From NCBI GenBank assembly GCA_037139885.1, contig JBAXFO010000001.1:1-29732 (forward strand): a stretch of DNA of 29,732 nucleotides. The letters are read 5' to 3'. Each line of letters opens with the position of its first letter. Position 1 is the first letter of the stretch. The notes below the pieces were generated by a model, which ran no database searches, had not been told where the DNA came from, and saw only the letters and a list, made by a program, of their open reading frames with translations. Source of the DNA: Planctomycetota bacterium (GTDB lineage Bacteria > Planctomycetota > Planctomycetia > Gemmatales > Gemmataceae). Of this stretch, positions 9,181-18,402 are shown in pieces. Position numbers and translations under genes: made by a program.

Positions 9181-10572
9181 ATGAAGCAAACCAGCGTGAA
9201 CGAGGCACGTCGCGAAGAAGCGGTGGGCAAGGATGTCGTCTTGCAAGGCTGGGTGCGCACCCGCCGCGATTCGAAGGGGGGCTTTAGCTTCCTGGAAATC
9301 AACGACGGCAGCTGCCTGGGCAACGTGCAAGTCATCGCCGAGGCGGCCCTGGCCAATTATGAAGCCGAGATCAAACATCTCACGACCGGCGCCAGCGTCC
9401 GCATCGAGGGGCATGTGCTCAAGTCGCCCGCGAAAGGGCAGGCCACCGAAATCAAGGCGTCGAAGATCGACGTTTATGGCTCCGCCGACGCCAGCTTCCC
9501 CGTGCAAAAGAAAGGGGCGACCTTCGAATTCTTGCGCACCATCGCCCACCTCCGGCCACGCACCAACACCTTCGGAGCCATGGCCCGACTCCGCAATCAG
9601 GTCTGCCAATCGATCCATCAATTTTTTCAAGAAAACGGCTTCCTTTACATCCATCCGCCGATCATCACGGCCAGCGATTGCGAAGGGGCGGGCGAGCTTT
9701 TTAAGGTGACGACGCTCGACCTCACCAAGGTGCCGCAGTCCGCTCCCGGCGTTGTCGATTTCGCCCAAGACTTTTTTCAGAAGCCCGCGTATCTCACCGT
9801 GAGCGGCCAATTGCAGGCGGAAATTTTCGCGTGCTCGCTGGGTAAGGTCTACACCTTCGGCCCAACGTTTCGCGCCGAAAACTCGAACACGAGCCGGCAT
9901 CTGGCCGAGTTCTGGATGGTCGAACCCGAAATGGCGTTCTTCGATCTGCAAGACAACATGACTCTCGCCGAGGCGTTCATCAAACGCATCGTCGCCGACG
10001 CTCTCGCCAAATGCGACGAAGACATGAAGTTCTTCGCCGAACGCATCGACAAAGAAGCGATCACGCGTCTGCAAGGAATTCTCAATACCGACTTCTTGCG
10101 TGTGACTTATACCGATGCGATCGAGATTCTTGAAAAGTCGGGCGCGTCGTTCGAGTTTCCCGTGAAATGGGGGATCGATCTTCAATCCGAACACGAACGC
10201 TTTCTCACCGAGAAGCACTTCAAGAACACCGTCATCCTGCACGACTATCCCCGCACGCTGAAGCCGTTTTACATGCGCGTCAACGACGACGGCAAGACGG
10301 TGCGAGCGATGGACGTGCTCGTGCCCGGCGTCGGCGAAATCATCGGCGGCAGCCAACGCGAGGAACGCTACGATGTGCTCGTGGAGCGGATGAAAGAGCA
10401 GAAGCTCGACCCGGCGGCGTATTGGTGGTATCTCGACCTGCGCAAATACGGCACCGTGCCCCATTCCGGCTTCGGGCTGGGATTGGAACGCATGCTGTTG
10501 TTATTGACAGGGATGGGGAATATTCGTGATGTGATTCCGTTTCCACGCACTCCCGGCAACGCGGAGTTTTAA
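9181..10572 (+). CDS. asnS: Asparagine--tRNA ligase
   Basis: [10 protein letters not shown]...[102 protein letters not shown] before MKQTSV. Confidence 0.97.
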   Translation: MKQTSVNEARREEAVGKDVVLQGWVRTRRDSKGGFSFLEINDGSCLGNVQVIAEAALANYEAEIKHLTTGASVRIEGHVLKSPAKGQATEIKASKIDVYGSADASFPVQKKGATFEFLRTIAHLRPRTNTFGAMARLRNQVCQSIHQFFQENGFLYIHPPIITASDCEGAGELFKVTTLDLTKVPQSAPGVVDFAQDFFQKPAYLTVSGQLQAEIFACSLGKVYTFGPTFRAENSNTSRHLAEFWMVEPEMAFFDLQDNMTLAEAFIKRIVADALAKCDEDMKFFAERIDKEAITRLQGILNTDFLRVTYTDAIEILEKSGASFEFPVKWGIDLQSEHERFLTEKHFKNTVILHDYPRTLKPFYMRVNDDGKTVRAMDVLVPGVGEIIGGSQREERYDVLVERMKEQKLDPAAYWWYLDLRKYGTVPHSGFGLGLERMLLLLTGMGNIRDVIPFPRTPGNAEF

Positions 10573-10594
10573 GAAGTTGACGAGTATTGAAATC

Positions 10595-10682
10595 GTTCGC
10601 GGCTCTCCGCAGGAGAGCGCTGACAGGACGCCATCGCTGTTAATGGCGCGCCGTCAGCGCTCTCCTGCGGAGAGCCGCGAAC
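10595..10682. repeat. GTTC-tagged REP doublet (REPIN-like), copy 1
   Basis: Perfect 30-bp inverted arms GTTCGCGGCTCTCCGCAGGAGAGCGCTGAC (10595-10624) and its reverse complement (10653-10682). Each arm contains its own hairpin CTCTCC-GCA-GGAGAG. Confidence 0.85.
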
Positions 10683-10693
10683 AATTCCGACCG

Positions 10694-12121
10694 TCAGTTC
10701 ATGTTGGCGAGATAGCCGCGGCGCACTTGCCCCTGGCGGAGGATGTAGAACGACAACGGACTAAACGTGGCCAGTTCCGGATGAGTGAGGACATATTGCA
10801 CATTGTCGACGCTCAGCGTTTCCCATTGATGGAGACCGACGAGAATATCGCCCTTCCGGATGCCGGCTTTGGAAGCGACGCTTTCATCCAAGACGGCGGT
10901 GACTTCCAAGCCCCCATTGAGTTGACGATTGAGCTTGGCGACGATCTCGCCCGTGACCGGCGCGAGTTGGACGCCGAGCTTGCGCCAGACGACGTCGAGG
11001 TTGGGCATGGCGCGCGGCGTGCGATCGGGGCCGGCGAGAACGAGCTGCGTTTGCTGCTCTTTGTCGTCGCGGCGGATCACCAGGGCGAGGGCGTCGCCGG
11101 CTTTCGCTTCGAGAAACGCACGTTCGACATCGATGCTCGTGCGAATACGGACATCGCCGATTTGCTCGAGCCGATCGCCGATTTGCAAGCCGGCTTTGGC
11201 GGCCGGGCTTTCGAGTTCGACGCGGTCGACAGTGACCCAGCGGACGGGGACGTCGTAGGTCGTGTCGACTTGATCGCGGACGACCATGCCGTCATGAACG
11301 CTGTTGCGGCGGCGGGCGCGGAAAAGATCGCTGATCGTGCGCACCATGTTGTCGGCCGGAATCGCAAAGCCGATGCCCTGGGCCCCGGCCCGAATCGCGA
11401 CATTGACGCCGACGAGATCGCCGTTGATGTTGATGAGCGGTCCGCCGGAGTTGCCGGGGTTGATGCTCGCGTCGGTTTGAATGAGAGACTTGTACTGCAT
11501 ATCTTTGTTCAAACTCACATCGCGTTTGAAAGCCGACACGATGCCGAGGCTGACGGTGTGTTCATACCCATACGCGTTGCCGATGGCGAGTACGGTTTCG
11601 CCGACCATAAGATCCAGAGCGGTGCCGATGGGGATGGTCGGCAGGGGATGGCTGTGGTTGATCTTGATGATGGCGAGATCGGTTTCGGGAGAGCGGGCGA
11701 AGACGGAGGCGTTATGCGTGGTGCCGTCGGCGAGGCGGATGCGGAGGAGGCTGACGTCTTCGATCACGTGTTGATTGGTGACGATGTAGCCGCGGGGATC
11801 GATGATGATTCCGGTGCCCATGCCGTTGACGCGATTTTGGGACGGGCTGACGTTGTAGGAATCGACGGCGGCGGCGGTGACGGTGCGTTCGCTGTGGATG
11901 TTGACGACCGCGCTTTTTACGCGATCGACGGCCTCGACGACTTTCGTGCGTCGAGCGCCAGTACGTGACATTCCGCCAAAATCCTTGGCGCGCTCGTAGG
12001 AGGGAGCGGGTTGTTGAATGAGGTTGGTGCGGCTGGCTTCCTGCGCCGACACGCTAAAGTTCCCGCTCAAGATGAGGGCGATCGACCCAAAGCTGAGCAA
12101 GAACCGGCGCGGCAATTTCAT
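10694..12121 (-). CDS. HtrA/DegP-like trypsin serine protease with two PDZ domains
   Basis: Signal peptide MKLPRRFLLSF..., GMGTGIIIDPRGYIVTNQHVI (His), TDLAIIKI (Asp), QTDASINPGNSGGPL (Ser), two PDZ-like segments (SPAAKAGLQIGDRL; SVASKAGIRKGDILV). GAGGA RBS. Confidence 0.92.
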   Translation of the reverse strand: MKLPRRFLLSFGSIALILSGNFSVSAQEASRTNLIQQPAPSYERAKDFGGMSRTGARRTKVVEAVDRVKSAVVNIHSERTVTAAAVDSYNVSPSQNRVNGMGTGIIIDPRGYIVTNQHVIEDVSLLRIRLADGTTHNASVFARSPETDLAIIKINHSHPLPTIPIGTALDLMVGETVLAIGNAYGYEHTVSLGIVSAFKRDVSLNKDMQYKSLIQTDASINPGNSGGPLININGDLVGVNVAIRAGAQGIGFAIPADNMVRTISDLFRARRRNSVHDGMVVRDQVDTTYDVPVRWVTVDRVELESPAAKAGLQIGDRLEQIGDVRIRTSIDVERAFLEAKAGDALALVIRRDDKEQQTQLVLAGPDRTPRAMPNLDVVWRKLGVQLAPVTGEIVAKLNRQLNGGLEVTAVLDESVASKAGIRKGDILVGLHQWETLSVDNVQYVLTHPELATFSPLSFYILRQGQVRRGYLANMN

Positions 12122-12479
12122 AGGTTCCTCAGCGCATGCCGGAACGGCGGGGATAAAGGGTTGCTTCCGATGGGCCAGGCGCGACATGCGTTCTCCCGCC
12201 CATACTCCCCTTAACTTCGGCCGATCGTTCGGCGAGGCTCGATACGCGTTGTCCCAAGAACGCACGCAATTGTGCGAATCGGGGTCGCGCACAACGTTCT
12301 CGCGGGGACTACGAGAAAATGCGATTAGGCAGCCAAGTCAAGAAGCGCGCGACGTGCGCAATAGGACGGTGCGGACGTGAGGAAAAAACGGCAAGAGTCG
12401 CAGTTTGACTCAAGGTTCGACAAACTCGACCGAACGCGGCGACGAATCGGTGAGCCGCTGCCGCGCCTGCGGCTAACCA

Positions 12480-12980
12480 TTAGTTCAGACTCGGTTCCGG
12501 AATCGTCGACGGCGCCATCCGCACCCAGAGTTCCTCGTTGGGCACTTCGAACACTTCGGCGGCCGCCGCGGGGTGAACGATCCACGAGCCTTCCGCCATC
12601 TCATGTTCGAGCTGCTCGGGCCCCCAACCCGAATAGCCGGCGAAGACGCGCACACGCCAAGACGAACCGGGCTCCGGGTGAGCGATGCGTTGGAAGCATT
12701 CGGCGTCCCCCAGGAAAACTCCCGGGCAGATCTGGGCGGCGTCGCGTTCCTTTTCGTCGACCCAGTCATCTTGACCGTGAATGAGGATCAAGCCCTGAAA
12801 CTTACAAGGGCCGCCAATGTGCACGGGGAACGGCAGGTCTTTCGGTTTCTCGGCGCGATTGAGCACCAGGCCGAACGCGCCGTCGGGTCCATGCTGCAAA
12901 AGGAGAATGACCGACCGGGCAAAGAAACCGTCTTTGAGTGTCGGTCTTGCCACCAGGATTTTGCCAGCCAGGGACGACAT
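12480..12980 (-). CDS. algH: YqgE/AlgH (DUF179) family protein
   Basis: LAGKILVARP...FARSVILLLQH...GAFGLVLNR, HIGGP, RVFAGYSGWGPEQLEHEMAEGSW. GGAG RBS. Confidence 0.9.
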   Translation of the reverse strand: MSSLAGKILVARPTLKDGFFARSVILLLQHGPDGAFGLVLNRAEKPKDLPFPVHIGGPCKFQGLILIHGQDDWVDEKERDAAQICPGVFLGDAECFQRIAHPEPGSSWRVRVFAGYSGWGPEQLEHEMAEGSWIVHPAAAAEVFEVPNEELWVRMAPSTIPEPSLN

Positions 12981-13039
12981 CGTCGAATCTCCGCGCCATG
13001 CGAGCCGCAGCGTGGACAAGGTGCGGCTTCGATTTCCTG

Positions 13040-13046
13040 TATTCTA
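13040..13046. promoter_or_regulatory. Overlapping divergent -10 hexamers (TATTCT on + towards osmC-like; TAGAAT on - towards algH)
   Basis: The sequence TATTCTA reads as a TAnnnT hexamer on both strands in the short divergent intergenic region. Confidence 0.4.
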
Positions 13047-13097
13047 ATCCTCAGCGCGCTCCCAATTCATCGCCAATTCTCTTTTTTCGAGATCCCC

Positions 13098-13616
13098 ATG
13101 ACTCCCGAACAGCTTCGCTCGCTCCAGGCTCCCCTCAAGGCCAAGTACAAAGAGGATCCCGCGGCCGCTCATTACGCCATCGCCGTGACGGGGACTTTGG
13201 CCACGGACGACGTGAGTTGCGTCGTCCATTCGCCGCGCGGTTCGATCGTCGCGGGTTTGCATCCGGCGACGGGGGGCGACGGTTCGCAGGCGTGTTCGGC
13301 GGACATGCTTTTGGAAGCGCTGGTCGCGTGCGCGGGAGTTACGCTGAAAGCCGTGGCCACGGCCCTGGGAATTCCGCTCGCGAACGCAACCGTGACGGCG
13401 ACCGGCGAACTCGATTTCCGCGGCACTCTCGGCGTCGCCCGCGATGCGTCCGTCGGGCTCTCGGCGGTGCGGCTCGTCTTCGCGATCCAATCCCCGGCTA
13501 CTGCGGAGCAAATCGCCAAACTGATCGAATTGACGGAGCGCTATTGTGTGATTTACCAAACCCTCAAATCGTCGCCCAAGCTATCGACGGAAGTTGTTAT
13601 TAACGCCAGGACGTAG
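13098..13616 (+). CDS. OsmC-like family protein
   Basis: C-terminal part of ORF 12573..13616 from MTPEQLRSLQAPLK. Motifs GLHPATGGDG, ACSADMLLEALVACAGVTL, GELDFRGTLGV and TERYCVIYQTL, with the conserved Cys pair. Confidence 0.85.
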   Translation: MTPEQLRSLQAPLKAKYKEDPAAAHYAIAVTGTLATDDVSCVVHSPRGSIVAGLHPATGGDGSQACSADMLLEALVACAGVTLKAVATALGIPLANATVTATGELDFRGTLGVARDASVGLSAVRLVFAIQSPATAEQIAKLIELTERYCVIYQTLKSSPKLSTEVVINART

Positions 13617-13620
13617 TCTG

Positions 13621-13676
13621 TAGAAAGATTAGGATTAAGTTTTTTGTTGGCGTCTGCATGAGCGGTTCTATATCAT
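13621..13676 (+). promoter_or_regulatory. Sigma70-type promoter with AT-rich UP-like element
   Basis: TTGGCG (13647-13652), 18-nt spacer, TATCAT (13671-13676), preceded by AT-rich AAAGATTAGGATTAAGTTTTTTG in an otherwise GC-rich sequence. Confidence 0.5.
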
Positions 13677-13721
13677 CATCAACATGTCTGTGAAGTCTTA
13701 ACTCTCTTGGAGAAACCGGAA

Positions 13722-14045
13722 ATGGCGAAGAAATCGAGTAACGGCGGCGTGAACAAGTCGAAGGCGATTCGGGACCTGTTTATTCAGCAGCCGGACATCA
13801 AGGCGAAGGAAGTGGTCGAAACTCTCGGCAAGCAGGGGATCGAGGTCAAGTCGGGCTTGGTCTATATCGTCAAGGGTAAGATGCAAGCCGGTCAGCAGCA
13901 AGTTCGCAAGGAAAAGCGAGCTGCGACCCGCGTCGCCAGCGGCAACAGCGACGCCGTCGCCACCATTCTGAAGGTCAAGACCCTCGCCAACGAGCTCGGC
14001 GGCCTCGGCTCGCTCAAGGCGATCGTCGATCTGCTCAGCGAGTGA
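13722..14045 (+). CDS. Small basic hypothetical protein, wHTH-like N-terminus
   Basis: GGAG RBS. Lys-rich 107 aa. NKSKAIRDLF...KEVVETLGKQGIEVKSGLVY resembles an ArgR-type winged-helix pattern; C-terminal helix pair LANELGGLGSLKAIVDLL. Confidence 0.75.
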   Translation: MAKKSSNGGVNKSKAIRDLFIQQPDIKAKEVVETLGKQGIEVKSGLVYIVKGKMQAGQQQVRKEKRAATRVASGNSDAVATILKVKTLANELGGLGSLKAIVDLLSE

Positions 14046-14086
14046 TTCGTCGCCCCCCAGGGCTTCGGTTTTTCGCGGACAGTCGC

Positions 14087-14092
14087 TAGAAT
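14087..14092 (+). promoter_or_regulatory. -10 box TAGAAT, 6 nt before the thiS-thiG ATG (leaderless-type)
   Basis: TAGAAT-gtcagt-ATG with no Shine-Dalgarno sequence. Confidence 0.5.
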
Positions 14093-14098
14093 GTCAGT

Positions 14099-15130
14099 AT
14101 GCTCACAATCACACTCAACGGCGAACCGCGCACGCTCGAACCGTCGAAAACGTTGGCCGAGCTTCTCGCCCAACTGAAGATCGACCGGACCAAGGTGGCG
14201 GTCGAAGTCAACGGACACGTCATTCCCCGCTCGAAACAATCCGAGCACGCAATGGCGGCGGGCGATCAAATCGAAATCGTGACGCTTGTCGGCGGCGGAC
14301 AACCCAGCGCCCCGCCAGCCGACAAGCCTCTCGTCATCGGCAAGTTCACTTTCCAAAGCCGACTCATCACCGGCACCGGCAAATATGCAACGTTCGAACT
14401 CATGCGCGAGTGTCTCGACGCCAGCGGCTGCGAGGCGACGACCGTCGCCGTGCGCCGCGAACGCCTTGTCGATCGCGCGGGCCGCAACATTCTCGATTCG
14501 CTCGATCTCAAGAAGCTGACCATCCTGCCCAACACCGCCGGCTGCTTCAGCGCCGAAGACGCGATCCGCCATGCCCGGCTCGCGCGCGAACTGCTCACCA
14601 ACCTCGAAAACCCCGGCGCCGACTGGGTGAAGCTCGAATGCCTCGGCGATACGAAAACGCTCCTTCCCGATCCCATCGCGACGTTGCAAGCGACCGAGCA
14701 GCTTGTCAAAGAAGGCTTTCAGGTTTTGGTTTACACCAGCGACGACCCCATCCTCGCCAAACGCTTGAAGGCGGCCGGAGCCGTGAGCGTCATGCCGGCC
14801 GGCAGTCCGATCGGCAGCGGCCAGGGAATCTTAAACCCGAATAACTTGCGCATCATCCTCGAATATCTCAAAGACGGCGATCCGGATTATCCTGTGATTG
14901 TCGACGCGGGCGTCGGCACCGCCAGCGATGTGAGCATCGCCATGGAACTCGGTTGCGACGGCGTTTTGCTCAATACAGGTATCGCCAGCGCACAAGATCC
15001 GCTGCGCATGGCCTGGGCGATGCGCTATGCCTGTGAAGCAGGAAGATTGGCGTATCTCTCGGGCCGCATTCCGAAGAAACTCTATGCGACCGCGTCGAGC
15101 CCGATGGAAGGACGCATCGCGCCGCGTTAA
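14099..15130 (+). CDS. thiG: Fused sulfur carrier ThiS / thiazole synthase ThiG
   Basis: N-terminal ubiquitin-like ThiS (ITLNGEPR...[13 protein letters not shown]...[12 protein letters not shown]), a short Pro-rich linker, then ThiG ([24 protein letters not shown] with the Schiff-base Lys, [37 protein letters not shown]). Confidence 0.95.
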   Translation: MLTITLNGEPRTLEPSKTLAELLAQLKIDRTKVAVEVNGHVIPRSKQSEHAMAAGDQIEIVTLVGGGQPSAPPADKPLVIGKFTFQSRLITGTGKYATFELMRECLDASGCEATTVAVRRERLVDRAGRNILDSLDLKKLTILPNTAGCFSAEDAIRHARLARELLTNLENPGADWVKLECLGDTKTLLPDPIATLQATEQLVKEGFQVLVYTSDDPILAKRLKAAGAVSVMPAGSPIGSGQGILNPNNLRIILEYLKDGDPDYPVIVDAGVGTASDVSIAMELGCDGVLLNTGIASAQDPLRMAWAMRYACEAGRLAYLSGRIPKKLYATASSPMEGRIAPR

Positions 15131-15154
15131 GAATCCAGCAGTTTACGTTTGTCT

Positions 15155-15281
15155 GTTAGCGGCTCTCCGCAGGAGAGCGCTGCCGTCACGCCAATACGGC
15201 AAACCAAACGCGATCGTAGCCGACCGAACGGATTTTCTATCGTGGCGCCACGTCATCGCTCTCCTGCGGAGAGCCGCGAAC
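15155..15281. repeat. GTTC-tagged REP doublet (REPIN-like), copy 2, with longer spacer
   Basis: Left arm GTTAGCGGCTCTCCGCAGGAGAGCGCTG from 15155; right arm GTCATCGCTCTCCTGCGGAGAGCCGCGAAC (15252-15281). Between convergent thiG and the ABC permease. Confidence 0.8.
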
Positions 15282-15282
15282 A

Positions 15283-16920
15283 TCATTCCCATTTCAAGCT
15301 CAACCACGCCAACGTCAAAAATGCGACCCCAAAACCCACAAGCACGACACACGCTTCAACAACGATGCCAATTCGCGGCTCCGGGTTAGTGAGCAGTTGT
15401 CGGTAAGCGTCGAGCGCCCAGGCGTGCGGCGTGATCCGGCTAATCTGCTGCATCGTTTCCGGCATCATGGAACGGTCGCCCATCAAACATCCGCTGAGCC
15501 CGGCCAAGACGAGCACCAAAAGCGTTCCATAGATGGCGACCTGGGTTTCGGTGCGTGCGAGGGCGGCCACCCAGAGAGCCAAACCCATCGCCGCGAACGA
15601 TGTCGCCAGCACCACGGCGATCAGCCAGCCCGGCTGCGTCCCCCAGTTCATGCCAAACAGAAACTTGCCCGCGAGCAATAAGCAAAACCCCTGAAACCAC
15701 GACAGCAACAAACAAGGCAACAATTTGCCGATAAGAATCTCCGCACGCGAAACCGGAGCGAGCGACAAGCGTTTGAGCGTCCCCTGCCGGCGCTCGGCGA
15801 CGATCAACCACCCGACCGTGAGCACAAGGAAGAATGCGAACATGACGAGATATGAAGGCACGAGAACTTGATACCGACTGCCCCCGCGGCGCAAGAGGCC
15901 GATGCCGTCTTCTTGAAACGGCGTCGCCTCGGCGCCGGACGCTGGCGTTTCTTGCGAACGCGTCAAGGCGGACCAAGTCTTGGCGGTGAGATTGTAGCGA
16001 GGGAAAAGATTCTGTAAGGCGTTTTGCAGGCCGATGCTCAGTTGCTTTTGTTGCAGCGGCACGAACGGGTTGGTCAGAAACACCTTCACGGGCAACGGCA
16101 GTTGCGGTTCTTTGCCGAGCAAGCCGAGGAATTGCGGATCGCTGATCTTCTCGAACGCTCGACCGATCATCCACGGCATGATGACACGCAGCAAACTCCC
16201 CTGGGCGACCTGGTCGATGATGGCGGCCGCGGTTTGTTGCGTCGGATCGCGCAACACTTCGACATCGAGCAGCGGCATATTCACGCCTTCGCGATGAAAC
16301 GGGTTGAGGCCGTCGAACAGATAGAGCGGCAGGGCGTTTTGGCGTTCGTCGAATAGCCCTCGACCCATGAGGGCGATCGGGTCGCCGGCATGGGGATACA
16401 TGGTCATTTGCGTCATGCCGTCGCGCCAACCGGGCGAGAGGAACGAGCAGCGGGCCACGCGTTTGGAAAATTTGGGCCCGAGAATGAGCACGGCCGCACG
16501 TTTGCCGGATTGGACGAGGGCTTCCGCGTCGGCCCGGCTTGGTATGAGTTCGACGCGAATATCGGCGGTTTCCGCGAGGTCGCTCAGCAGGCGTTCCGAC
16601 CACGACCCGCGCGGAAACCAAAGGCGTGCGTTCGCATGAGCAAAGGCGAGAGCCTCCCAGGGAGCGCTCGACGCCGTGCCGACGACGCCGAGGCCTTCGC
16701 GCAGCATGGCGATCTGATCGAATTGCCGCGGAGGGCCTTCATCGAGAACCAGAATGGAAACGCGTAAGCGATCGGCCGGCTTCTGTCCAAAGCCGTCGCC
16801 CAGCGACACCCCGAGCACGGCGATGAAAATGAGCGGCATCGCCAGCAGGATGACGATCGCCCGCGGATCGCGCGCGAGCAGGCGAAGATCCTTGCGAGCG
16901 AGCGTGGCGATCACACCCAT
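15283..16920 (-). CDS. ABC-2 type transporter permease with large extracytoplasmic domain
   Basis: MGVIATLARKDLRLLARDPRAIVILLAMPL, a long loop, then VPSYLVMFAFF, IVAERRQGTLKRL...APVSRAEILIGKLL and MQQISRITPHAWALDAY, all ABC2_membrane_3-like motifs. Confidence 0.9.
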   Translation of the reverse strand: MGVIATLARKDLRLLARDPRAIVILLAMPLIFIAVLGVSLGDGFGQKPADRLRVSILVLDEGPPRQFDQIAMLREGLGVVGTASSAPWEALAFAHANARLWFPRGSWSERLLSDLAETADIRVELIPSRADAEALVQSGKRAAVLILGPKFSKRVARCSFLSPGWRDGMTQMTMYPHAGDPIALMGRGLFDERQNALPLYLFDGLNPFHREGVNMPLLDVEVLRDPTQQTAAAIIDQVAQGSLLRVIMPWMIGRAFEKISDPQFLGLLGKEPQLPLPVKVFLTNPFVPLQQKQLSIGLQNALQNLFPRYNLTAKTWSALTRSQETPASGAEATPFQEDGIGLLRRGGSRYQVLVPSYLVMFAFFLVLTVGWLIVAERRQGTLKRLSLAPVSRAEILIGKLLPCLLLSWFQGFCLLLAGKFLFGMNWGTQPGWLIAVVLATSFAAMGLALWVAALARTETQVAIYGTLLVLVLAGLSGCLMGDRSMMPETMQQISRITPHAWALDAYRQLLTNPEPRIGIVVEACVVLVGFGVAFLTLAWLSLKWE

Positions 16921-16947
16921 GGCGACATTCCTTTTAAGAGGCGGATC

Positions 16948-17703
16948 CTAAATATTTTGACGGGGAAGCCGCAGGACGACATATCGGCTCCAGTGACGCA
17001 GCGGCGGGCAGCAAGCCAGGCAGACGCGGTCGACACGCGTCAAAACGCGCGTCGCGATCGTATCCCCGAGCACGCGGCGCAACATGCCGGCCAGTTGATG
17101 CCCTTGCCATTCCAGGCCCGGAAAGCGTTCGCGAAAGATCGGCAAACAGTCGGCGCGAAGCGGCGTTTCGTCGGGCGTGCGGGCCTTGCCGGGATAGGTG
17201 ATTCGCGAACGAGCCCAGCGCAGGAGCGGATTGCCGCCCCACGGTTCGCACGCCACCGCCCATCCGCCCGGCTTCAGCACGCGTTCCAACTCCGCAGCCA
17301 CGCGCGGCAGATCGAGATGATGAAGGATCGCATGGCCCCAGATACGGTCGAACGTCGCATCGGGAAACGGCAATCTCTCGGCGTCGGCCTGAACCCAAGC
17401 AGCCGACACGTTGTTGGCTGCGGCGCGGGACCGGGCTTCGGCGAGATAACCGGTGGAGAGATCGAGGCCTGTCACTTCGGCTCCGCGCCGCGCCAGCACG
17501 ACGGCCGCCATGCCGTGGCCGCAGCCGAGGTCGAGGATTTTGAGCCCGCGCGGATCGCCGAGCCAGGCGAAGGCGGGGCGCACCCAGCTTTCATGGTCAA
17601 GATATTCGTCGTCGGCGAAGCGGAGGGCGTCGGGCGACAAAGCCTGGCGACGCTGGGCCGCCTGCTCGTCGTGAAACGCCTGTTCCGTCGCCAATCGCGT
17701 CAT
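16948..17703 (-). CDS. Class I SAM-dependent methyltransferase
   Basis: KILDLGCGHG (motif I), VTGLDLS, QADAERLPFPDATFD, HAILHHL, LERVLKPGG. Confidence 0.9.
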   Translation of the reverse strand: MTRLATEQAFHDEQAAQRRQALSPDALRFADDEYLDHESWVRPAFAWLGDPRGLKILDLGCGHGMAAVVLARRGAEVTGLDLSTGYLAEARSRAAANNVSAAWVQADAERLPFPDATFDRIWGHAILHHLDLPRVAAELERVLKPGGWAVACEPWGGNPLLRWARSRITYPGKARTPDETPLRADCLPIFRERFPGLEWQGHQLAGMLRRVLGDTIATRVLTRVDRVCLACCPPLRHWSRYVVLRLPRQNI

Positions 17704-17755
17704 GGGGCATTGAACTCCGGACCGTGGGGCAAATTGTTGACTTAACCCACATTCT

Positions 17756-18337
17756 TCAACTATGCATCCGCGGTCTTGGGTCGCCGGCCGCGATGGCCTC
17801 GGCTTCTTTGATGGCGAGTTCGCGGAGGCGGGTCTTCACGGTTTCGTCGTCGGCGAAGTCGCGGGCAAGTTTGACGTACGTCCCATGATGCCGGGCTTCC
17901 GATTCGAACAGACTGCCGTAGAACGCCGCCAGTTCGGGGTCATCGTCCTTGAGAGCGTCGGCCAGCAGCGCGAAGCGTTCGCACGAGCGCGCTTCGATCA
18001 ATCCGGCCACAAGCATGCGATCGACCGCCCGACCAGGTTCGTCTTTGCGAATGAGGCTATGAAGCTGGCTCCCGTAAGCGCTTGGCGGAATCTTGCGAAA
18101 TGGGATGTCGCGGCGCTGGAGCAGATCGAGCACCTGGTTAAAGTGGGCCAGTTCTTCCTGCACGATCTCAGACATGGCCCGCACGAGCGGCGGCCGATCG
18201 ACGTACGCGAACAGAAGATTCATCGCCACTCCGGCTGCCTTCTTCTCGCAGTGGGCATGATCGATGAGGAGGATATCCAGGTGGGGCCGAACCTGTTCGA
18301 GCCAGAGCGGCGCGGTCGGTGCATGAAGGCTTAACAT
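17756..18337 (-). CDS. miaE: tRNA-(ms2io6A)-hydroxylase MiaE (ferritin-like di-iron)
   Basis: LLIDHAHCEKKAA, EELAHF, LIEARSCERF and FESEARHH di-iron ligand motifs in a 193-aa protein. Confidence 0.9.
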   Translation of the reverse strand: MLSLHAPTAPLWLEQVRPHLDILLIDHAHCEKKAAGVAMNLLFAYVDRPPLVRAMSEIVQEELAHFNQVLDLLQRRDIPFRKIPPSAYGSQLHSLIRKDEPGRAVDRMLVAGLIEARSCERFALLADALKDDDPELAAFYGSLFESEARHHGTYVKLARDFADDETVKTRLRELAIKEAEAIAAGDPRPRMHS

Positions 18338-18344
18338 GCGGATT

Positions 18345-18350
18345 ATTGTA
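18345..18350 (-). promoter_or_regulatory. -10 box TACAAT, 7 nt before the miaE ATG (leaderless-type)
   Basis: Minus strand reads TACAAT-aatccgc-ATG; no SD. Confidence 0.55.
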
Positions 18351-18360
18351 GCGAGAGGAG

Positions 18361-18393
18361 CCCAAAGAAATCCCCCTCAGGCACGAGGGGGAT
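18361..18393 (-). terminator. Rho-independent terminator of the aminotransferase gene
   Basis: 9-bp stem ATCCCCCTC/GAGGGGGAT (18370-18393) with a 6-nt loop, followed on the minus strand by TTCTTT. Confidence 0.7.
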
Positions 18394-18402
18394 CCCCATG
18401 CG

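Noticed and set aside
3430-11968. Long antisense ORFs (3430..4563, 5128..6063, 7021..8550, 9013..10464, 10577..11968)
   Set aside because: Each mirrors a well-supported gene on the other strand and has no recognisable motifs. This is expected from GC-rich codon bias.
14046-14098. TPP riboswitch upstream of thiS-thiG
   Set aside because: Only ~50 bp are available, there is no GCTGAGA/CCTGA core, and the -10 box sits 6 nt from the ATG.
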